64,000 bases of DNA from Ylistrum balloti (lineage: Eukaryota). Both the position numbers and the translations under genes were made by a program. Below the pieces are notes generated by a model. The model saw only the letters and a list, made by a program, of their open reading frames with translations, did not search any database and was not told where the DNA came from. Below, one piece after another: positions 61,901 through 64,000 of the stretch. How positions within the stretch are numbered: the first letter of the stretch is position 1; the number at the start of each line of letters is the position of its first letter. The stretch is from positions 310,001 through 374,000 of the forward strand of contig NW_026782136.1 in NCBI RefSeq assembly GCF_031769215.1, written 5' to 3'.

Positions 61901-64000
61901 AGTCACTCCTGCCTCTCCTGTGAAGACAAAACTGAAGAAAGCCACACTTGTCTCCACTATGTTGAAACAGCGATCAATATTTCAGACTGTGGGAAGCTCT
62001 TCAGATGGTGCTGGTCAAGGTGGCCTACTGATGAAAGTGACCACTGTTAAACATGCAATCAGTAACAATGACCCACATAAAACTCTCAAAAGGTCGCTGT
62101 CAATGCCTGTTGACCCTGAAGGTCACAGGGTTCTCAACAGTGTGAGCCCAGCAAAACGTCAGAAAAACCCATCCTTGTCTGAGGATGTGATTGTAGATGT
62201 TGTGTCATCACCAGAAAAGAATGTTCCCCAAGTGTACAGTCCTACACGTGTTGTAGGGACTAAGCCTGTCAAATCGGTGACAATTGTTGAGCCTGCTGTG
62301 ACACAGACAAAACATGTTTCGCTACTGAATGCCATCTCTACCTCACCACCTTCAGTACCTTCTCACACTCTGCATGTGACAACTCCAACCAAAGCCAACA
62401 CCACCCCACAGGCCACACTGGCACATACTTCCAGGTCTCCTGGTCTGGTAGGAGGGCCAACACCAGGTGTGGCAGTCAGATCTCCACCACAGACTCGTAC
62501 TTTGGCACAAATCCGTGCCCAGAACACTCGTGGGCAGACAAGAACACTTGCACAGATTAAAGCACAGACAAAAGCTAAGCAACAATTACGAGAGCATTTA
62601 CATCAACAGCAGCCAGAAACCCAAGCCAAACTGCAAGCTCACCTCATTGCTAGGGGTCGTATACCTGCTAGTGCCATCAGTTCTACAGGAAGTTCTACAG
62701 GAAGCAGACATGTGCCAAACATTATAATGCCAGCCCCTGGTCGACCTAAACAGCTGCAGTCTGTTAAGGCAGTTAGTTCTGAAAATATCTCCAAGGGTAC
62801 AACATCTACTTCGGATGTAGGGTCAGACGGAGTTAATATGAAGCGTTCTTTAGAAATAATGCAGAAAGCTGCCCAAGAAGGAGGAAAAGATAATGTGAAT
62901 ATAAAGAGGTCGTTAGAGATCTGTCAGAAGGTCATGGAGAGAACACAGGCAACAGGAGTATCTCAATCTAATATTGGAATCTCAACCACAGTGACAGGTA
63001 CAGCAGACAGTTCTACTACTCTCCCCAAAATACTGGGACATGCGCAAAGTGGTACTAAAGGGATAAGTGTGACGGGACAAGGTCAGTTAAGTGCCTCAAA
63101 GCTTCTGTTTTCCAATGTGTCAACTAGTGGCACTTCATCTAGTGAGCAAACATTGCAAGGCCAGACAGTAAGCTCTCCTGTGATGGTCAACATAGCTAAG
63201 GTTAGAACTGTAGGAACTGGCGTGCAGGGTTTATCCAGCGTCAACAATGATACATCGTTGGTTTTGACATTGCCCCAAAACACAGCTCTCCGATCAACAG
63301 TTTCACAAACTGCCACTGTGCTGACATTGCCAGGGTCCAATACAAAAGTGTTGCTGCCTGCTGGTATTCCAACCTCAGCAGTAACTCCATCTAGCCTAGC
63401 ACAGATTCTCAATGCCCATCAGGCAGGAAATAACACAATTAGTATCCAGCCCTCTCGTGCTGCAAGTGCTCCCCCACAGAATCTTCTTGTCAACTCCAAT
63501 GTTCAAACTCTGGTGAGGTCTGCTAGTGCTGGAGGTCAAGTATCCACAGAAGCAGATGGGACAGTAATTACCCCAAACCCTCTAGAACCTGTCAATCAGG
63601 AAGTGCGTGTAATTTCTCCAGATCAGGTGAATTTTTTATCCAAGACTGGCACTGCTACTGCTCCAGGTCGTAAAACGCCTCATACCACTGTGTTACCTCT
63701 GACTATGTTAACACAATCACGACCTGAGGCCACCGCTCCGTCCCCAAACAGTGGTGGCTCTGCAGGCCCGGGCAAGGTTTCCCCGGCCGAGCGAGTGAAA
63801 AAAATAGTGGTTTGCAGTGCCAAGCAAATTGTGAATAATCCTTACATCATTAAGAGTATTGAGGCCCATGTGCAGAACAAGGCTAACAGTCAAGCGGCTG
63901 CTGCTGCAGCAGCTGCCAACAATCAGGCTAAAAAGGTCCACTGTAACATAGTACCATATGTTTCTGCACAGACAAGTAAATCGGTGGTTTTGCCCACAGG
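49911..64000 (+). CDS. ASXL: Gene model: Polycomb protein Asx/ASXL (HARE-HTH + DEUBAD), 12 exons in window, truncated at window end
   Basis: RTWAEAAKI|VLE...[10 protein letters not shown]...[13 protein letters not shown] (HARE-HTH/ASXN); [19 protein letters not shown]...[16 protein letters not shown]...LNNEFF...W.ERL..GEFTPE.Q.RIKQE (ASXH/DEUBAD); RTLAQIKA motif; all phases consistent. Confidence 0.95.
51839..51921 (+). CDS. ASXL: ASXL exon 2
   Basis: tattttag|GTA TTG GAG...ATC AG|gtaatt; 83 nt. Confidence 0.95.
52363..52471 (+). CDS. ASXL: ASXL exon 3
   Basis: ctttttccag|T GGG TCT GTG CCC TTG GCA TGC...CTA ATG|gtatgt; 109 nt. Confidence 0.95.
52472..52890 (+). repeat. About 4 decayed tandem copies (about 100 bp) of the ASXL exon 3 3' half plus donor
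   Basis: gagggaaagttttcatcttctacaaggtagccagtagatcaggg... versus exon gaggaaaagattctgtcttctacaaggtggccggaagatcaggg... Confidence 0.85.
53347..53446 (+). CDS. ASXL: ASXL exon 4
   Basis: tgtatgtag|GGT GAT CGA...AAT G|gtatta; 100 nt. Confidence 0.8.
53560..54000 (-). mobile_element. Degenerate HINE-like element with an internal duplication of about 135 bp, reverse orientation
   Basis: Repeated ggtaatctttggtca...atcacaacctcaagttctacacct blocks, tcaaggttaaaggtca motif, terminus ctcttttgtttt. Confidence 0.4.
54212..54511 (+). CDS. ASXL: ASXL exon 5
   Basis: ttatttgcag|TG ATG TTT...AAA G|gtgaat; 300 nt. Confidence 0.85.
54927..55084 (+). CDS. ASXL: ASXL exon 6
   Basis: cttgttcag|AT GGA AAT...ATG AAG|gtacag; 158 nt; ends [18 protein letters not shown]. 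Confidence 0.9.
55601..55714 (+). CDS. ASXL: ASXL exon 7 (DEUBAD start)
   Basis: ttatttttag|CCC CGA AGG...CTA AGA|gtaagt; 114 nt. Confidence 0.95.
55942..56051 (+). CDS. ASXL: ASXL exon 8 (DEUBAD)
   Basis: acatttcag|AAT TTG ATA...CTT CG|gtatgt; 110 nt; [36 protein letters not shown]. Confidence 0.95.
56030..58480. repeat. 39-bp minisatellite, about 60 copies, derived from the ASXL exon 8 end plus donor
   Basis: Unit acagaacaatgccctcca-gtatgtttagatacatgtttt versus junction acaggacaacactcttcg-gtatgttaacacatgttta. Confidence 0.95.
58742..58815 (+). CDS. ASXL: ASXL exon 9 (DEUBAD)
   Basis: tgttccag|G TTA AGT...CAG G|gtaagt; 74 nt; [24 protein letters not shown]. Confidence 0.95.
59213..59289 (+). 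CDS. ASXL: ASXL exon 10 (DEUBAD)
   Basis: acattatag|GA GAG TTC...TGG AAG|gtagag; 77 nt; [25 protein letters not shown]. Confidence 0.95.
59662..59693 (+). CDS. ASXL: ASXL exon 11 (32-nt micro-exon, DEUBAD end)
   Basis: tgttttacag|GCA AAA CAT TTT GAG GAA ATG TGG GGG AAA AG|gtaaga. Confidence 0.9.
59694..61425. repeat. 48-bp minisatellite, about 36 copies, starting at the exon 11 donor
   Basis: Unit gtacattctctgttaagatatttatactgtgtggtatctctttagggg; copies at 59941 and 59989. Confidence 0.95.
61859..64000 (+). CDS. ASXL: ASXL large exon 12, low-complexity central region, open to window end
   Basis: gatttccag|A AAT GTT GGG...; frame checked at several points and open at 64000; contains [10 protein letters not shown] and VN.KRSLEI motifs; missed by the ORF track because it has no stop in the window. 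Confidence 0.95.

Noticed and set aside
1-64000. tRNA, rRNA or reverse transcriptase/transposase coding sequence
   Set aside because: None recognised on either strand by eye.

Overview
AT-rich animal genomic DNA; a bivalve or other lophotrochozoan is inferred from repeat style only. I assembled three spliced genes by hand from GT-AG boundaries and codon-phase continuity, and the ORF track misses most of their exons. (1) Minus strand, about 9.9 kb to beyond base 1: a TEX56/C6orf201 (DUF4523)-like gene. (2) Minus strand, 49.75 to 26.7 kb: a CCDC178 orthologue with 22 coding exons (about 969 aa) and a non-coding first exon. (3) Plus strand, 49.9 kb to beyond the window end: an ASXL/Asx gene with HARE-HTH and DEUBAD domains. 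CCDC178 and ASXL sit head-to-head on a promoter of about 200 bp, the same gene pair and orientation as human CCDC178-ASXL3. A small signal-peptide gene may lie near 16.7-17.2 kb. Roughly a third of the window is minisatellite arrays, and the long ORF-track hits over these arrays are artefacts. The most striking pattern is that several intronic arrays, in all three genes, are tandem amplifications of the exon 3' end plus its own 5' splice site. They appear at different ages, from 2-3 copies through about 60 copies to decayed relics, and they build arrays of decoy or alternative donors. Nothing here has been checked by alignment or RNA data.
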